Source of the DNA: an uncultured Gemmatimonadales bacterium
GTDB taxonomy: Bacteria > Gemmatimonadota > Gemmatimonadetes > Gemmatimonadales > GWC2-71-9
Assembly (NCBI GenBank): GCA_963748815.1
Contig: CAVVKJ010000010.1
Coordinates: 384,001 to 448,000 of the forward strand
Direction: 5' to 3'
Length of the DNA: 64,000 bases
The notes beneath the pieces were generated by a model. It was not told the DNA's origin. It made no database searches and saw only the letters and a list, made by a program, of their open reading frames with translations. Below are positions 53,655 to 64,000 of this stretch, piece after piece (position 1 is the first letter of the stretch; each line of letters starts with the position of its first letter). Both the position numbers and the translations under genes were made by a program.

Positions 53655-54297
53655 TCGTCAGGTCCAGTCTCGCCGGTACGGAAGGAACGGTGAGCCGCGC
53701 GGAGACCGGTGCGCCGCGGGCGTCCAGCCTGGTCTCGACGATCCCCATCGTGACCCCTGCGCGTTGCCACTGTGCCCGCAAGGTACCCGGACTGGCGGTC
53801 CGGCGGGAATACCGCACCGTGTCGATGCCGGAGGCCCACTCCAGCGCGGTCGTCGTCGCATCTTGCTGGCCCCGGACCCGGGCTCCGGGCGGGGGCGGCC
53901 GAATGACCCCGAACATGGCCCACATGAGGGGATAGCTCGGAATCAACTGGGCGATGACCTCCGGCGGCTGGACCCACCGGGCCTCGTCGCCCACTACCAT
54001 CGCCGCAGCACCGCCGAGGCCCCACGGCCCCGCGATGTCGAATCGCATCGAGTCCGGTCCCGCGATCCGCGCACTGCCCTGGCCACCAACCGACGCCTGT
54101 CCATTGTTGAACAGCCACTTGAACCGGGACAGCTGCTGCCCGGTCGGTGCGGTGGCCAGGGCCCAGCGTGCCGCCTCGGCGTGGCCGACCGCCGGGAGTG
54201 GCTGGGGCGAGGTGACCGGCGCCGCCTTGGTGCAGGCAGCCAACAGGCAAAGATACGAAAAACGATGCAGGTGGTCAAGCCGAAAGTGTTGTGGCAT
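53593..54297 (-). CDS. Hypothetical lipoprotein
   Basis: LAAC lipobox; beta-rich (PDSMRFD). Confidence 0.55.
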   Translation of the reverse strand: MPQHFRLDHLHRFSYLCLLAACTKAAPVTSPQPLPAVGHAEAARWALATAPTGQQLSRFKWLFNNGQASVGGQGSARIAGPDSMRFDIAGPWGLGGAAAMVVGDEARWVQPPEVIAQLIPSYPLMWAMFGVIRPPPPGARVRGQQDATTTALEWASGIDTVRYSRRTASPGTLRAQWQRAGVTMGIVETRLDARGAPVSARLTVPSVPARLDLTIVADSTAPAFPPSVWTPPAR

Positions 54298-54327
54298 AGG
54301 AGGTTATCGGGTTTCAGCTCAAGCGCT

Positions 54328-56386
54328 TCATCGCCTGATGACCCGAATCGGATCGCCCTCCGTCACCCGGAGCAGCGTGGTCGGGGTTCCCACGACCCTC
54401 CCGAAGATCGTGTATCGGCCATCGAGCTGCGGCTGGCTGCCCAGGGTCAGGAAGAACTGACTCCCTCCGGTATCGGGCCCCGAGAGGGCCATGGCCATCT
54501 GGTACCCGTCGAAGCGCCGCTGGTTGATTTCGTCGCGGATGGCGTAGCCGGGTCCCCCCCAACCGTCGCCGCGGGGATCACCGTCTCGCGCCACCAGGTC
54601 GGGGATGACCCGCTGCCACCGTCCGCGGTCGAAGAAGCGACGGTCGAGAAGGGTCAGGAAGTTGACCACGGTCAGCGGTGCCTCCGGACCGAGCAGTTCG
54701 ATCTCGATGATGCCGCGCTGGTCGGTCTCGATGAACACGTGGGGCCGGGCGTCCGGTGACTCGGGAACCGCCACGAACCGGCGGGTGATTTCCCGGTAGT
54801 CCTCGAGCGTGCGGCTGGTCTCGAGCGGGAAGGCCGGACCCCAGCGCGCCGCGGCGGCTGGCCAAGCCGATTCGGCCCAGAGGCGTATCACGTAGTTTGT
54901 CGGGCGGGAGGTGACCGAGAGGAAATTCCGTGAGACGTCGCCCGCGAGCTCGTCGGACTGGCTGGCGAGCGACCGGAGCGCCAGCAGCGCGCCGATCGCC
55001 GCGTCGGGGATGGAATCGCGTCCCGCGCGGTCGTACGCCGCCGCCAGCGGGACGACGTCGGTGGGGACGGGGGCGCGCGCGATCGCCTCTGCGGCGAGCG
55101 TGCGCACGCCGACATCGGGGTGGCTCAACAGGCGCCGCGCGGCGGCGAGCAGCTTGGGATCGGGACCCTGCACCGCCTGGAACCACCCTTGCAAGCGCGG
55201 CGGCGGCGACCCGGCCGTCCGGGTCGGCCATGAAGTCGGGATGCGACACGTCGGGACCCGGGGCGACCCATCCCCAGCCCTCCGCGGCCGCCGCCCGCTC
55301 CGGCCAGCGGGGACTCGCCGTCCAGGGAGCCGAGAGCGCACGGAACGAATCGGCGCTGATCCGTGCCAGCCCGAGGAGCGCCTCCTGCTGCAGCGCGAAG
55401 GTTCCCTTCCCTTCCCGGACGATGCGCGACAGTTGCGCCACGGCGACCGGTCCTCCCGACTGCGCCACCGCCCTGGCCGCCTCCACCTGGACGTTGAAGG
55501 TCTGGTCGGCGAGCTGGGCGACGACCTTGTCGGCCACCTCCGGACGGCCATACGTCCCCAGCGCCCGGAGGGCGTTGATGCGCACGCTCGCCTGTTCGTC
55601 CCGGGCGGCGCGCGTCAGCAGCTGGATCACGCTGCCCTGGTCCAGCTGCGCGGCGTCGGCGTACGATGCGGTCAGGGCGCGGGCGGCATAGGTCCGCACC
55701 AGCGGGTGCTTGTCCTGGAGGGCGGTGAGCATCGTCGCGCCGGCCGCGGGGGCGCGGAGCTGGGCGAGCGCGAAGACCGACCGCCAGCGGAGCTCCTCGT
55801 CGTCGCTCTCGGCCAGCGCCATCAGCTGCCGAACCGGGCCGGCCGCTCCCAGCCGCCACGACTCGGTCGCGGCGTGGCGGACGAGGACGTCGCTCGCCCC
55901 GGTCATCGAGAGGTTGGCGGTGTTGCTGAGCACGCGAATCACCATGTCCGACGCGGTCGGCCCGCCGATCTTCGCGAGGGCGGTGACGATTTCCTTTGCC
56001 GTTTCGAGCGTGGGCGTCGGGAGTCCGGTCAGGCGCGCGATGAGCGGCGCCACCGCGGCGGTGTCCCGCAGGAGCCCGAGGGCAAAGGCGACGGTCGCGT
56101 GGGAGGTGGAGTCGAGATCGCGGAGCATGGGGATCAGGAGGGCGGTCCCCCGCAGGTCGCCGATCCGCCCGATTGACAGCGCGGCCGCCCGGCGCACCAG
56201 CGGTTCCGGCGACAGCGTGCCCGCCTCGAGCGCGGCCGGGGCCCACCGGCGCGCATCCTCCGCCTGCAGCATCGGCGCGATGGCCTCCACGATGGCGGCG
56301 TCCTGCGCGCGCGCCGGCGTGGCCCCCCAGAGCAGCAGCCCCACTATGGCGGGCAGGAAGCGGGACACCTGCAGGGGCGCGGTCAC
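54328..56386 (-). CDS. HEAT-repeat plus cyclophilin-type PPIase, frameshifted near 55190
   Basis: Repeated VRxxAAxAL units; APLTVVNF, GDPRGDGWGGPGY, DTGGSQFF, LDGRYTIFG. Confidence 0.88.
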
Positions 56387-56802
56387 GCAGGATCGGGGAT
56401 GGGGTGCAGCAGCGCGGCGACTTCGGCTGGAAGCCGGGTGGGCGTGAACGCGTGGTCGAGGCTCAGCATCCGTGTCTCCGCGCTCACCAGGAGGACGCCC
56501 GTCTCGGCGTGGGTCAGTCGGTAGGCAAAGGTCACCCGGCGGCTGGCGAGCTCGCGCACCCAGCACCGGACCTGCACCAGGTCGTCGTAGCGCGCGGGAC
56601 GATGATAGCGCATCGTCAAGTCGCCCACCACGAGGAAGAACCCCATCCCCTCCAGCTCGCGATAACTCATGCCGGCCTGCCTCAGATACTCGGTGCGGGC
56701 GACGTCGAGCCAGACGGCGTACCGGGCGTGATACACGACGCCCATCGCGTCGATCTCGGAGTAGTTGACCCGCGCGAAGGTGTCGGAGTGGGTGACGGGC
56801 AT
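56383..56802 (-). CDS. Acyl-CoA thioesterase (YbgC/4HBT family)
   Basis: EIDAMGVVYHARY..WLDVARTE, PARYDD. Confidence 0.9.
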   Translation of the reverse strand: MPVTHSDTFARVNYSEIDAMGVVYHARYAVWLDVARTEYLRQAGMSYRELEGMGFFLVVGDLTMRYHRPARYDDLVQVRCWVRELASRRVTFAYRLTHAETGVLLVSAETRMLSLDHAFTPTRLPAEVAALLHPIPDPA

Positions 56803-56905
56803 CGGAGGCCGGGAAGGGGGTTGGCTGAAGGTAGGCCCGGGAGTCGCCGAAAGTCAAATGCCGCAAGCGCTTGCGAGACAGCCAGAGTGGTTCCTATCTT
56901 CGGTC

Positions 56906-57637
56906 GTGTTCGGCACCCAGCTGCTTGTCCTGTCAGACGCCCACGTGGGCGCCTCCCCGCCGGAAATCGAGGAGGCGCTCCTCGAGTTTCTCGATCGCGC
57001 CCCCACGCTGGGCGACTCCCTCCTCCTGAACGGCGACATCTTCGATTTCTGGTTCGCCTACCGGCGCCTGATTCCGCGGCGCGGGTTCGAGGTGGCCGCC
57101 GCCATCCGGCGGGTGCGGAAGCGGATGCCTGTCGCCATGGTGGGAGGCAACCACGATCGGTGGGGGGAGGATTTCTGGGAGCAGGATCTCGACGTGCGAT
57201 TCGCGCCGCTCCGCATGGAGCTCCTCGTCGGGACCCGGCGGGTCCTCGCGATCCACGGCGACGGCGTGACGGAGTCGCACTGGTCCGCCGTGCTGCTCCA
57301 GGAAATCACCCGTCACCCGGCGTTCGTGACGATCTGGAAATACGCGCCGACCTGGTTCGCCTTCTGGGTGGTCGATCGGATGACCCATTCGCTGGGGAAC
57401 ACGGTGCGGGAGGAGGAGATCCTGCAGCGGGCGTCGGTGCGGCAGCGGGAGTGGGCGGAGGCCGAGCTGGCCAGGGATCCGGGACTCGGCTGCCTCGTGA
57501 TGGGCCACACCCACCGGCCCGTCCTCAGCGAACCGAGCCCCGGCCAACAGTTCCTCAACCCCGGCGCCTGGCTCGACGGCCTTCGGTACGCAGTCGTCAC
57601 GCCGTCCGGTGCGGAGCTCGCCGTCTACAAGCGGTGA
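56906..57637 (+). CDS. lpxH: UDP-2,3-diacylglucosamine diphosphatase (LpxH-like)
   Basis: SDAH, GDIFDFWF, GNHDRW, IHGDG, MGHTH, NPGAW. Confidence 0.8.
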   Translation: MFGTQLLVLSDAHVGASPPEIEEALLEFLDRAPTLGDSLLLNGDIFDFWFAYRRLIPRRGFEVAAAIRRVRKRMPVAMVGGNHDRWGEDFWEQDLDVRFAPLRMELLVGTRRVLAIHGDGVTESHWSAVLLQEITRHPAFVTIWKYAPTWFAFWVVDRMTHSLGNTVREEEILQRASVRQREWAEAELARDPGLGCLVMGHTHRPVLSEPSPGQQFLNPGAWLDGLRYAVVTPSGAELAVYKR

Positions 57638-57664
57638 GGCTACCTTCGTCGGTCCTCAGTCCTC

Positions 57665-58465
57665 CTACCCCAGCCGCACCAGTTCCGGCTCCCCCAGCCG
57701 CTCGCCGAGAAACCGCGCCCCCACCTGAAGAAAGCGGGCCTGGTCGTCGCTGACCACGAAGCGGTGGCTCCCCGGCACGGTGGTCCCGCTAGCCGTCCCT
57801 GCCTCCTCCAGCGCTTCGGCGAGGCTGATGGCCGTCTCTTCCGCGCTGTCGATCAGCGCGACCGTCCCCCCCATCACTTCGTGCAGCAGCGGCTTCAGCA
57901 GCGGGTAGTGCGTGCACCCGAGCACAAGGGTGTCGGCGCCAGCCACCCGGAGCGGGGTGAGGTATTCCTCGGCCACCAGTCGCGTCGCCGGATGGTCGAA
58001 CCATCCCTCTTCGACCAGCGGCACCAGGAGCGGGCAGGCGACCTGCTCGATGCGCGCCGCGGGGAGAATCCGCCGGATGGCGGCGGGATAGGCCTGGCTC
58101 GCGACGGTACCGGCGGTGCCGATCACGCCGATGCCGCCCCCGCGGGTCGCCCTCGCGGCCGCGCGGGCGCCGGGTTCGATGACGCCGAGGACGGGCACCG
58201 GCGACGCCGCACGAAGGGCGTCGAGGGCGTGGGCGGTGCTGGTGTTGCACGCGACCACCACCGACTTGACGCCCTGCCCCAGCAGCCAGTCGAGAATCTC
58301 CAGGCTGTACCGCCGCACCGTCTCCGGGGACTTCGGCCCGTAGGGGACGCGCGCGGTGTCGCCGAAGTAGATGGTGGATTCGAGCGGCAGCCGCTCGTAG
58401 ATGGCGCGGGCCACCGTCAGGCCGCCGATGCCGGAATCGAAGATGCCGATCGGCGCGGCGTTCAC
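57665..58465 (-). CDS. murI: Glutamate racemase
   Basis: FDSGIGGLTV, PYGPKS, ACNT, LGCTHYP. Confidence 0.97.
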   Translation of the reverse strand: MNAAPIGIFDSGIGGLTVARAIYERLPLESTIYFGDTARVPYGPKSPETVRRYSLEILDWLLGQGVKSVVVACNTSTAHALDALRAASPVPVLGVIEPGARAAARATRGGGIGVIGTAGTVASQAYPAAIRRILPAARIEQVACPLLVPLVEEGWFDHPATRLVAEEYLTPLRVAGADTLVLGCTHYPLLKPLLHEVMGGTVALIDSAEETAISLAEALEEAGTASGTTVPGSHRFVVSDDQARFLQVGARFLGERLGEPELVRLG

Positions 58466-58992
58466 CGGAGGCGCACCGGCACGGAGACGGCGCCAGCCAT
58501 GCCGCCGTTGGGCGCCGCCTGGATGGAGAGGTCGCCCGGGAAGTCCCACAGGTGTGCCGACACGTACGCCTCCATGGCCGCGAGCAGGTGGTTCAGGCCG
58601 AGCAGGACGAGCCAATCTTCCTTCTGCTGCTGCTTGGAGTCCACGCTGCCGCTATTGATCGATTCGAGGTAGTTCAACTGGCTGCTGGTGGTGAGCACCA
58701 TCCCGAGGGTGACTCCTTCCGCCGCCACGAAGAAGGCGCCGGCGGTCTTCCGTCCGAGCGTGGCCTGCCCCCACCCGGGAATGAGCAGGGAGCGGAAGAA
58801 GGCTCCCATCGGGGTCGCGGGCGGCCGAATTGTCGGCACGGTGTCGAGGGCAACCGCCGGGCGCTCGGCGGTGATGGCGCTGGGAACGGAGTCCCTGGCC
58901 TTGGTGGTGTCGAGCACCGCCGCGGAGTCCTGTGCCCCGGCGGTGGCCGCCGGGACGAGGCACAACAGCAGGAACGCCGCCCAGGGTTTCAC
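58462..58992 (-). CDS. DUF5683-like protein
   Basis: RSLLIPGWGQ, EAYVSAHL. Confidence 0.65.
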   Translation of the reverse strand: MKPWAAFLLLCLVPAATAGAQDSAAVLDTTKARDSVPSAITAERPAVALDTVPTIRPPATPMGAFFRSLLIPGWGQATLGRKTAGAFFVAAEGVTLGMVLTTSSQLNYLESINSGSVDSKQQQKEDWLVLLGLNHLLAAMEAYVSAHLWDFPGDLSIQAAPNGGMAGAVSVPVRLR

Positions 58993-59900
58993 GCCGAACG
59001 TCCCTCCGGGGCGGCCACCAGCACCGGCAACGCCGCCGCGTGCACTGTCACGTCCAGCGAGCTTGATCCAGGCGACCGGAGTTCGCCGTCGAGGTGGGCG
59101 GTCAGGGGGCCGTCGTCAGAGCGCACCTGCACCCGCCTCCCCCGCGCCATGCGCACCTCTTTCAACCCGGTGTGCTTCCCGGTCAGGACCCGGGGAGCCT
59201 TGGTCAGCAGGAAGCCCAGGCCGAACTGACCCACGGCGCAGACGTCGAGCAGTCCGTCGTCCGGGCGCGCATCAGGCACCAGGTAAAAGACTCCGCCGGC
59301 GCAGGGCCCGATGCCGATTTCGAGGACGGTGGTCGGTTCGCTCCAGGCCGTGCCGTCGACGTCGATGTGGAGCTGCAGGGCGCGGCGATGAATGACCGCC
59401 TGGAGCGCCGCCACGACGTAGCCGAGCGCCCCGGGCCAGTGCTTGTACTGGTTGACGCGCCGGGCCACATCGGCGTCGAGGCCGACGCCGATCGAGTTCA
59501 CGAAATATTCGCCCCAGGCCGCCCCGACGTCGAACGGTCGAACCTCGGCCCCGGCGAGCGCGGCGACGGCGGCTTCCGGCGTGCGGCCCGTCGTGCCGGT
59601 CATCTTCGCGAAGTCGTTCCCGGTGCCCACCGGCACCACACCGAGTGGCGGCCGGACACCCGCGTCCCGCGCCAGCAGCCCGTTCGCCACCTCGTGCACC
59701 GTCCCGTCGCCCCCGACGGCGATGATCCGGGCCACCCCGTCGCGCACCTGGCGCGCGAGCGCCGTGGCGTGTCCCGGCCCGTTGGTCAAGGCCAGCTCCA
59801 CCTCTCCCCAGTGCGCCCGGGCAGCACGCACGACATCCTCGCGGAATCGTGCGCTCCGGCCATGCCCGGCGGCTGGGTTGAGGATGACGAGTGTCTGCAG
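58989..59900 (-). CDS. Diacylglycerol/lipid kinase family protein, frameshifted near 59855
   Basis: VILNPAAG (upstream frame), GGDGTVHEVANG, GTGNDFA, DDGLLD, LDGE. Confidence 0.9.
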   Translation of the reverse strand: MQTLVILNPAAGHGRSARFREDVVRAARAHWGEVELALTNGPGHATALARQVRDGVARIIAVGGDGTVHEVANGLLARDAGVRPPLGVVPVGTGNDFAKMTGTTGRTPEAAVAALAGAEVRPFDVGAAWGEYFVNSIGVGLDADVARRVNQYKHWPGALGYVVAALQAVIHRRALQLHIDVDGTAWSEPTTVLEIGIGPCAGGVFYLVPDARPDDGLLDVCAVGQFGLGFLLTKAPRVLTGKHTGLKEVRMARGRRVQVRSDDGPLTAHLDGELRSPGSSSLDVTVHAAALPVLVAAPEGRSA

Positions 59901-59924
59901 GCGGCCCTCGACGGGGAGGAAAGA

Positions 59925-60022
59925 TGGCGGGAGCGTGTGGGAATCGAACCCACCGGAGCCGCCTGAGGCGCCTCCATCGCGGTTTTGAAGACCGGCCGAA
60001 CCACCAGGCCCGATCCGCCCCC
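59925..60022 (-). tRNA. selC: tRNA-Sec(UCA)
   Basis: 98 nt; extended acceptor stem; 6-bp D stem with TGGT loop; anticodon loop CTTCAAA; long variable arm; GTTCGATTCC; ends GCCA. Confidence 0.93.
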
Positions 60023-60030
60023 GGGAAACC

Positions 60031-60417
60031 TCAGTCCGTACACGCGACTACGTCGATCTCCACCCGCGCCCCCTTGGGGAGCCCCGCGACCGCGACGGTG
60101 GAGCGCGCCGGCCGGTGGCTCCCGAAGTGCTTCGCGTAGACCTCGTTCATCGCGCCGAAGTCGGCCATGTCGATGAGATAGACGGTCGTCTTGACGACCT
60201 TGTCGAATCCGGTGCCGGCGGCGGCGAGCACCGCCCGCAGGTTCGCGAAGACCCGTTCCGACTGTTCCGCCACGCCGCCCGGCACCAGCTCCATGGTGGC
60301 CGGATCGAGCGCCACCTGGCCCGCGGTGTACACGTAGGCACCGCTGACGATGGCCTGGCTGTACGGGCCGATCGCCTTGGGGGCGTCTGGCGTGGAAACG
60401 ACCGTGAGTTTCGTCAT
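60031..60417 (-). CDS. ridA: RidA family enamine/imine deaminase
   Basis: AIGPYSQAI, VVKTTVYL, PARSTV..LPKGARVEI. Confidence 0.95.
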   Translation of the reverse strand: MTKLTVVSTPDAPKAIGPYSQAIVSGAYVYTAGQVALDPATMELVPGGVAEQSERVFANLRAVLAAAGTGFDKVVKTTVYLIDMADFGAMNEVYAKHFGSHRPARSTVAVAGLPKGARVEIDVVACTD

Positions 60418-62096
60418 CAGGAGAGTCCCTCGATTCTGCCATCGGGGTAGACCCGCATCCCTTCGGCGGCGGGCGTCTTGCCGAGGCCCGGCATCGTCAT
60501 GATGTCGCCGGCGAGGGCGACCACGAACCCGGCGCCCGCGGACGCATAGACGTCGCGGATCGTGATCCGGAAGCCGGACGGGCGGCCCAGCTTGGTCGGA
60601 TCGTCGCTGAAGGAGTACTGCGTCTTCGCGATGCAGACCGGCGTCTCACCGAGGCCCATCGCATCGAGCTGCTTGATGGACCGCTCGGCGACGACGGTGT
60701 AGTCGACACCGTCCGCGCCGTAGATCTCGCGGGCGATCGTCTCGATCTTCTCCTTGATCGGCATGGCGGCGTCGTAGATCGGCTTGAACTTCCCCTTCTT
60801 CTCCGCCAGCACGTCGAGCACCTCGCGGGCCACCTCCTCGCCCCCTTCCCCGCCCTTCGCCCAGACGTCGCTCAGGGCCACCCGCGCGCCCCACGACTTC
60901 GCCGCGGCGATCACGGCCTCGATCTCCTCCGGGGTGTCGGAGAGGAACCGGTTGACCGCCACGACCACCGGCACGCCGAACTTCTTCACGTTCTCGACGT
61001 GGCCCTGGAGGTTCGTCATGCCCGACCTTCAGGGCGGCGACGTTCGGCGTGTTGAGGGCGTCCTTCTTCACCCCGCCGTGCATCTTGAGCGCGCGGATCG
61101 TGGCGACCACCACGGCCACCTCCGGGTTGAGTCCGCCCATCCGGCACTTGATGTCGAAGAACTTCTCCGCGCCGAGGTCGGCGCCGAAGCCGGCCTCGGT
61201 GAGCACCAGGTCGGCCATGCCGAGCCCGAGTCGCGTCGCCACCACCGAGTTGCAGCCGTGGGCGATGTTGCCGAACGGCCCGCCGTGCACGATGGCCGGG
61301 CCGCCCTCGAGCGTCTGCACCAGGTTCGGCATCAGCGCGTCGCGGAGCAGGAGCGTCATGGCGCCCGCCGCCTTGAGCTCGCCGGCGGTCACCGGCTTCT
61401 TGTCGCGGGTCAGGCCGACGATGATGCGCGCAATCCGCTGCTCGAGGTCGCTCACCGACGTCGCCAGGCAGAGAATCGCCATGATCTCGCTGCCCGGCAC
61501 GATGACGAACCGGTCCTCGCGCGTCGGGCCGCCGTTCAGGTTCCCGAGCCCGACGACGATGTGCCGGAGGGCCCGGTCGTTCATGTCGATGGTGCGGGGC
61601 CAGAGAATGCGGCGGACGTCGATGCCGAGGGCGTTGCCCTGGTGCAGGTGGTTGTCGAGCAGCGCCGACAGGAGGTTGTGCGCCGAGGTGATCGCGTGGA
61701 AGTCGCCGGTGAAGTGCAGGTTGATCTCGTCCATCGGGATCACCTGCGCGTAGCCGCCGCCCGCGGCGCCGCCCTTGACGCCGAAGACCGGCCCCAGGCG
61801 AGGGCTCACGGATGCAGACCATCACCTGCTTTCCCATGCGGCGGAACGCCTGCGCCAGGCCGACGCGTGACCGTGGACTTGCCCTCGCCGGCCGGCGTCG
61901 GGTTGATCCCGGTGACCAGGACGAGGCGGCCTTTCGGCGGGCGGGCGGCGGCGGCTTCCGGCGTGATCTTGGCCTTGAACTTCCCGTACGGGAGGAATTC
62001 GTCCGGCCCGAGCCCCGCCTCGGCGGCGATCTCGGCGATCGGACGGGGGACGGCGGCCTGGGCGATCTCGATATCGGTGGGAAACTTGGGTGTCAC
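60417..62096 (-). CDS. fhs: Formate-tetrahydrofolate ligase, frameshifts near 61865, 61800 and 61022
   Basis: [55 protein letters not shown]. Confidence 0.96.
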
Positions 62097-62178
62097 GCGC
62101 TCTCTCCGGATGAAGGCAGCAAAGATCTGACGCTGGAACGGTAACCGGCGCCGGGGCGCACGGGAATGGCTGTGCTGT

Positions 62179-62949
62179 TCAGGCGGCCCGCAGCCGGGGA
62201 CCGAACACGCGCGCCGCGTTCCGGCCGGTGCGCGCAATCAGTTCCGCGGACGCCTCGCCACGCGCCGCCGCCACCCGTTCGGCGACGAGCCGCACATAGG
62301 CGGGCTCGTTCCGGTGTCCGCGGTGCGGGACCGGGGCCAGGTAGGGCGCGTCGGTCTCCACCAGGAGCCGCTCGGGCGGCGTGGCGCGGACCAGGTCGTC
62401 GAGGCCCCAGGAGCGGAAGGTCACCATCCCGCTGAACGAGATGTAATGCCCCAGCGCCACCCCGGCCTCGAAGAGCGACGGCCCGCTGCTGAACGAATGG
62501 AGAATCGCGGTCACGCCGGGAAAGGCCTGCAGCACCGCCGCGACGTCGGCGTCGGCCTCGCGGGCGTGAATGACGACCGGCTTCCCCGCCGCGGCCGCCA
62601 GGGCCATCTGCCGTTCGAAGACGCGTCGCTGCACGTCCCGCGGGGAGTGATCGTAGTGATAGTCCAGCCCGATTTCGCCGCAGGCGACCACCCGCGGATC
62701 CTGCAGGGCGGTCGTGAGCCACTCCGCGGTCGCGTCGGTCCAGGTGCGGGCGTCGTGGGGGTGGAGTCCGGCGGTGGTGGAGATGCGGGGCTCGTCGTCG
62801 GCCATCGCGAGGCCGAGGTCGGTGGCGGCCCGGGATTCCCCGATCACCACGAGGTGCCCGACGCCGGCCGAGAACGCCCGATCCGCCGCCTCGGCGCGGT
62901 CGCCCGCGAAGGCGGCGTCGCCGAGATGGCAGTGGGTGTCGACCAGCAC
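62179..62949 (-). CDS. TatD family nuclease
   Basis: DTHCHL, GLHPH, GEIGLDY, IHAREA, ETDAPYL. Confidence 0.95.
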   Translation of the reverse strand: MLVDTHCHLGDAAFAGDRAEAADRAFSAGVGHLVVIGESRAATDLGLAMADDEPRISTTAGLHPHDARTWTDATAEWLTTALQDPRVVACGEIGLDYHYDHSPRDVQRRVFERQMALAAAAGKPVVIHAREADADVAAVLQAFPGVTAILHSFSSGPSLFEAGVALGHYISFSGMVTFRSWGLDDLVRATPPERLLVETDAPYLAPVPHRGHRNEPAYVRLVAERVAAARGEASAELIARTGRNAARVFGPRLRAA

Positions 62950-62953
62950 GGGG

Positions 62954-63928
62954 TCAGACGGTCGGCTGGGCCTTGGCGACGCCGGCCCGGGGTGCGCTCG
63001 CCTTGACGCCGCGCGCGTCGGCCCCCGGCCAGCGCTGCTCGATGGCGAGGAGGAGCGGAGCGGCGATGAAGATCGAGGAGAAGGTGCCGGTGAAGACGCC
63101 GAACGCCATGACGAGGGCGAACGGCCGGATCACCTGGCCGCCGAAGATGGCCAGGGCCAGCAGCGTGGCGAGGGTGGTGCCGTGGGTGAGCACGCTCCGC
63201 GGCAGCGTCTCGTTGATCGAGCGGTTCAGGACCGAGATGAAGTCGTCGCGCCGGTACTTGTGCAGGTCCTCGCGCACCCGGTCGAAGATGATGATCGTGT
63301 CGTTCAGCGAGTACCCGACCATCGACAGCACGGCGCCGACCACCACGAGGCTGACCTCGATGCGCATGACCGCGATGAACACGATCGTGGCCAGGATGTC
63401 GTGCGCCGTCGCGCCGACGGCCGCCAGCCCGAACCGCCACTCGAAGCGCCAGGCCAGGTAGGCCAGCACCGCGAAGAACGAGAGGAAGATGGCCAGGAAC
63501 GCCTGGGTGCGGAGTTCGCCGCCCACCTTCGGACCGACGCCGGCGGAGTTCAGCATGGTGTAGGTCCCGGCGCCCAGCGAGGCGTCGAGCGCCGCGCCGA
63601 CGGCGATGGCCGTGGCCTCGGTGTCGTCGGCGTCGGTGCCTTCCTTGGCCACCCGCGCCCGGATCGAATACTCCTGCGCGCTGCCGATGGTCTGGATCTC
63701 GGAGCCGGGGATGCCCTGGGCGTCGAGGGCCGCGCGCAGCTGCGACGCGTCGAGCGGCTGTTCGCTGCGGATCTGGATCAGCGTCCCGCCGGTGAACTCG
63801 ATGCTGTAGCTCAGCCCGACGATCAGCAGGAAGAGCATGCCGGGCAGGAGGATGGCCGCGGTCACACCGTAGGCGTACTTGCGGACGCCAATGAAGTCGT
63901 AGTTCGCGTTGGCGAAGAATCGGGTCAT
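62954..63928 (-). CDS. secF: Protein translocase subunit SecF
   Basis: IEFTGGT, VGPKVG, HDIL, GYSLNDTIIIFDRVRE. Confidence 0.97.
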   Translation of the reverse strand: MTRFFANANYDFIGVRKYAYGVTAAILLPGMLFLLIVGLSYSIEFTGGTLIQIRSEQPLDASQLRAALDAQGIPGSEIQTIGSAQEYSIRARVAKEGTDADDTEATAIAVGAALDASLGAGTYTMLNSAGVGPKVGGELRTQAFLAIFLSFFAVLAYLAWRFEWRFGLAAVGATAHDILATIVFIAVMRIEVSLVVVGAVLSMVGYSLNDTIIIFDRVREDLHKYRRDDFISVLNRSINETLPRSVLTHGTTLATLLALAIFGGQVIRPFALVMAFGVFTGTFSSIFIAAPLLLAIEQRWPGADARGVKASAPRAGVAKAQPTV

Positions 63929-63930
63929 CG

Positions 63931-64000
63931 TCAGATGCTCAGCGTAGTGAGGTCAGGCCGCCGCTGCAGCCAGATCATGAAGAAGGTGCGGGTCACGAAG
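63931..64000 (-). CDS. secD: SecD C-terminus (partial)
   Basis: FVTRTFFMIWLQRRPDLTTLSI*, directly upstream of secF. Confidence 0.7.
   Translation of the reverse strand, partial: FVTRTFFMIWLQRRPDLTTLSI

Noticed and set aside
62097..62178. ZTP or THF riboswitch upstream of fhs
   Set aside because: The gap is short and I could not find the conserved motifs of either riboswitch.

Overview
High-GC bacterial chromosome segment. Gene content and order suggest Gemmatimonadota; this is inference, not a database result. Left core block (1-21.3 kb, minus strand): glycosyltransferases, rpoN, lptB/lptA-like/lptC, kdsD-C-A, pyrG, kdsB, a Ser/Thr kinase plus TPR pair, a serB/class V aminotransferase/serA cluster, a MATE transporter and tRNA-Arg. 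Right core block (49.7-64 kb): rdgB, rph, rfaE2-like, a CPA2 antiporter, lptE, HEAT-cyclophilin, lpxH, murI, tRNA-Sec, ridA, fhs, tatD, secF and secD. Between them lies a roughly 28 kb accessory region. Its best candidate for a new system is a membrane receptor-like CHASE2-3TM-TIR protein with an intact-looking catalytic Glu, directly followed by a caspase-like (C14) protease and preceded by an outer-membrane beta-barrel gene. This resembles TIR-to-caspase (type IV Thoeris-like) immunity wired to a periplasmic sensor. The region also holds three recombination scars: a 53-bp duplication of the 5' half of tRNA-Pro around an M48 peptidase gene, an inverted pair of covarying double hairpins, and a 155-bp duplication of a GH89 gene 3' end around an arsR-permease-thioredoxin cassette. 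Many housekeeping genes carry frameshifts that are probably sequencing indels, so several ORF-track fusions are artefacts. All product calls come from motif recognition by eye; no searches were run.
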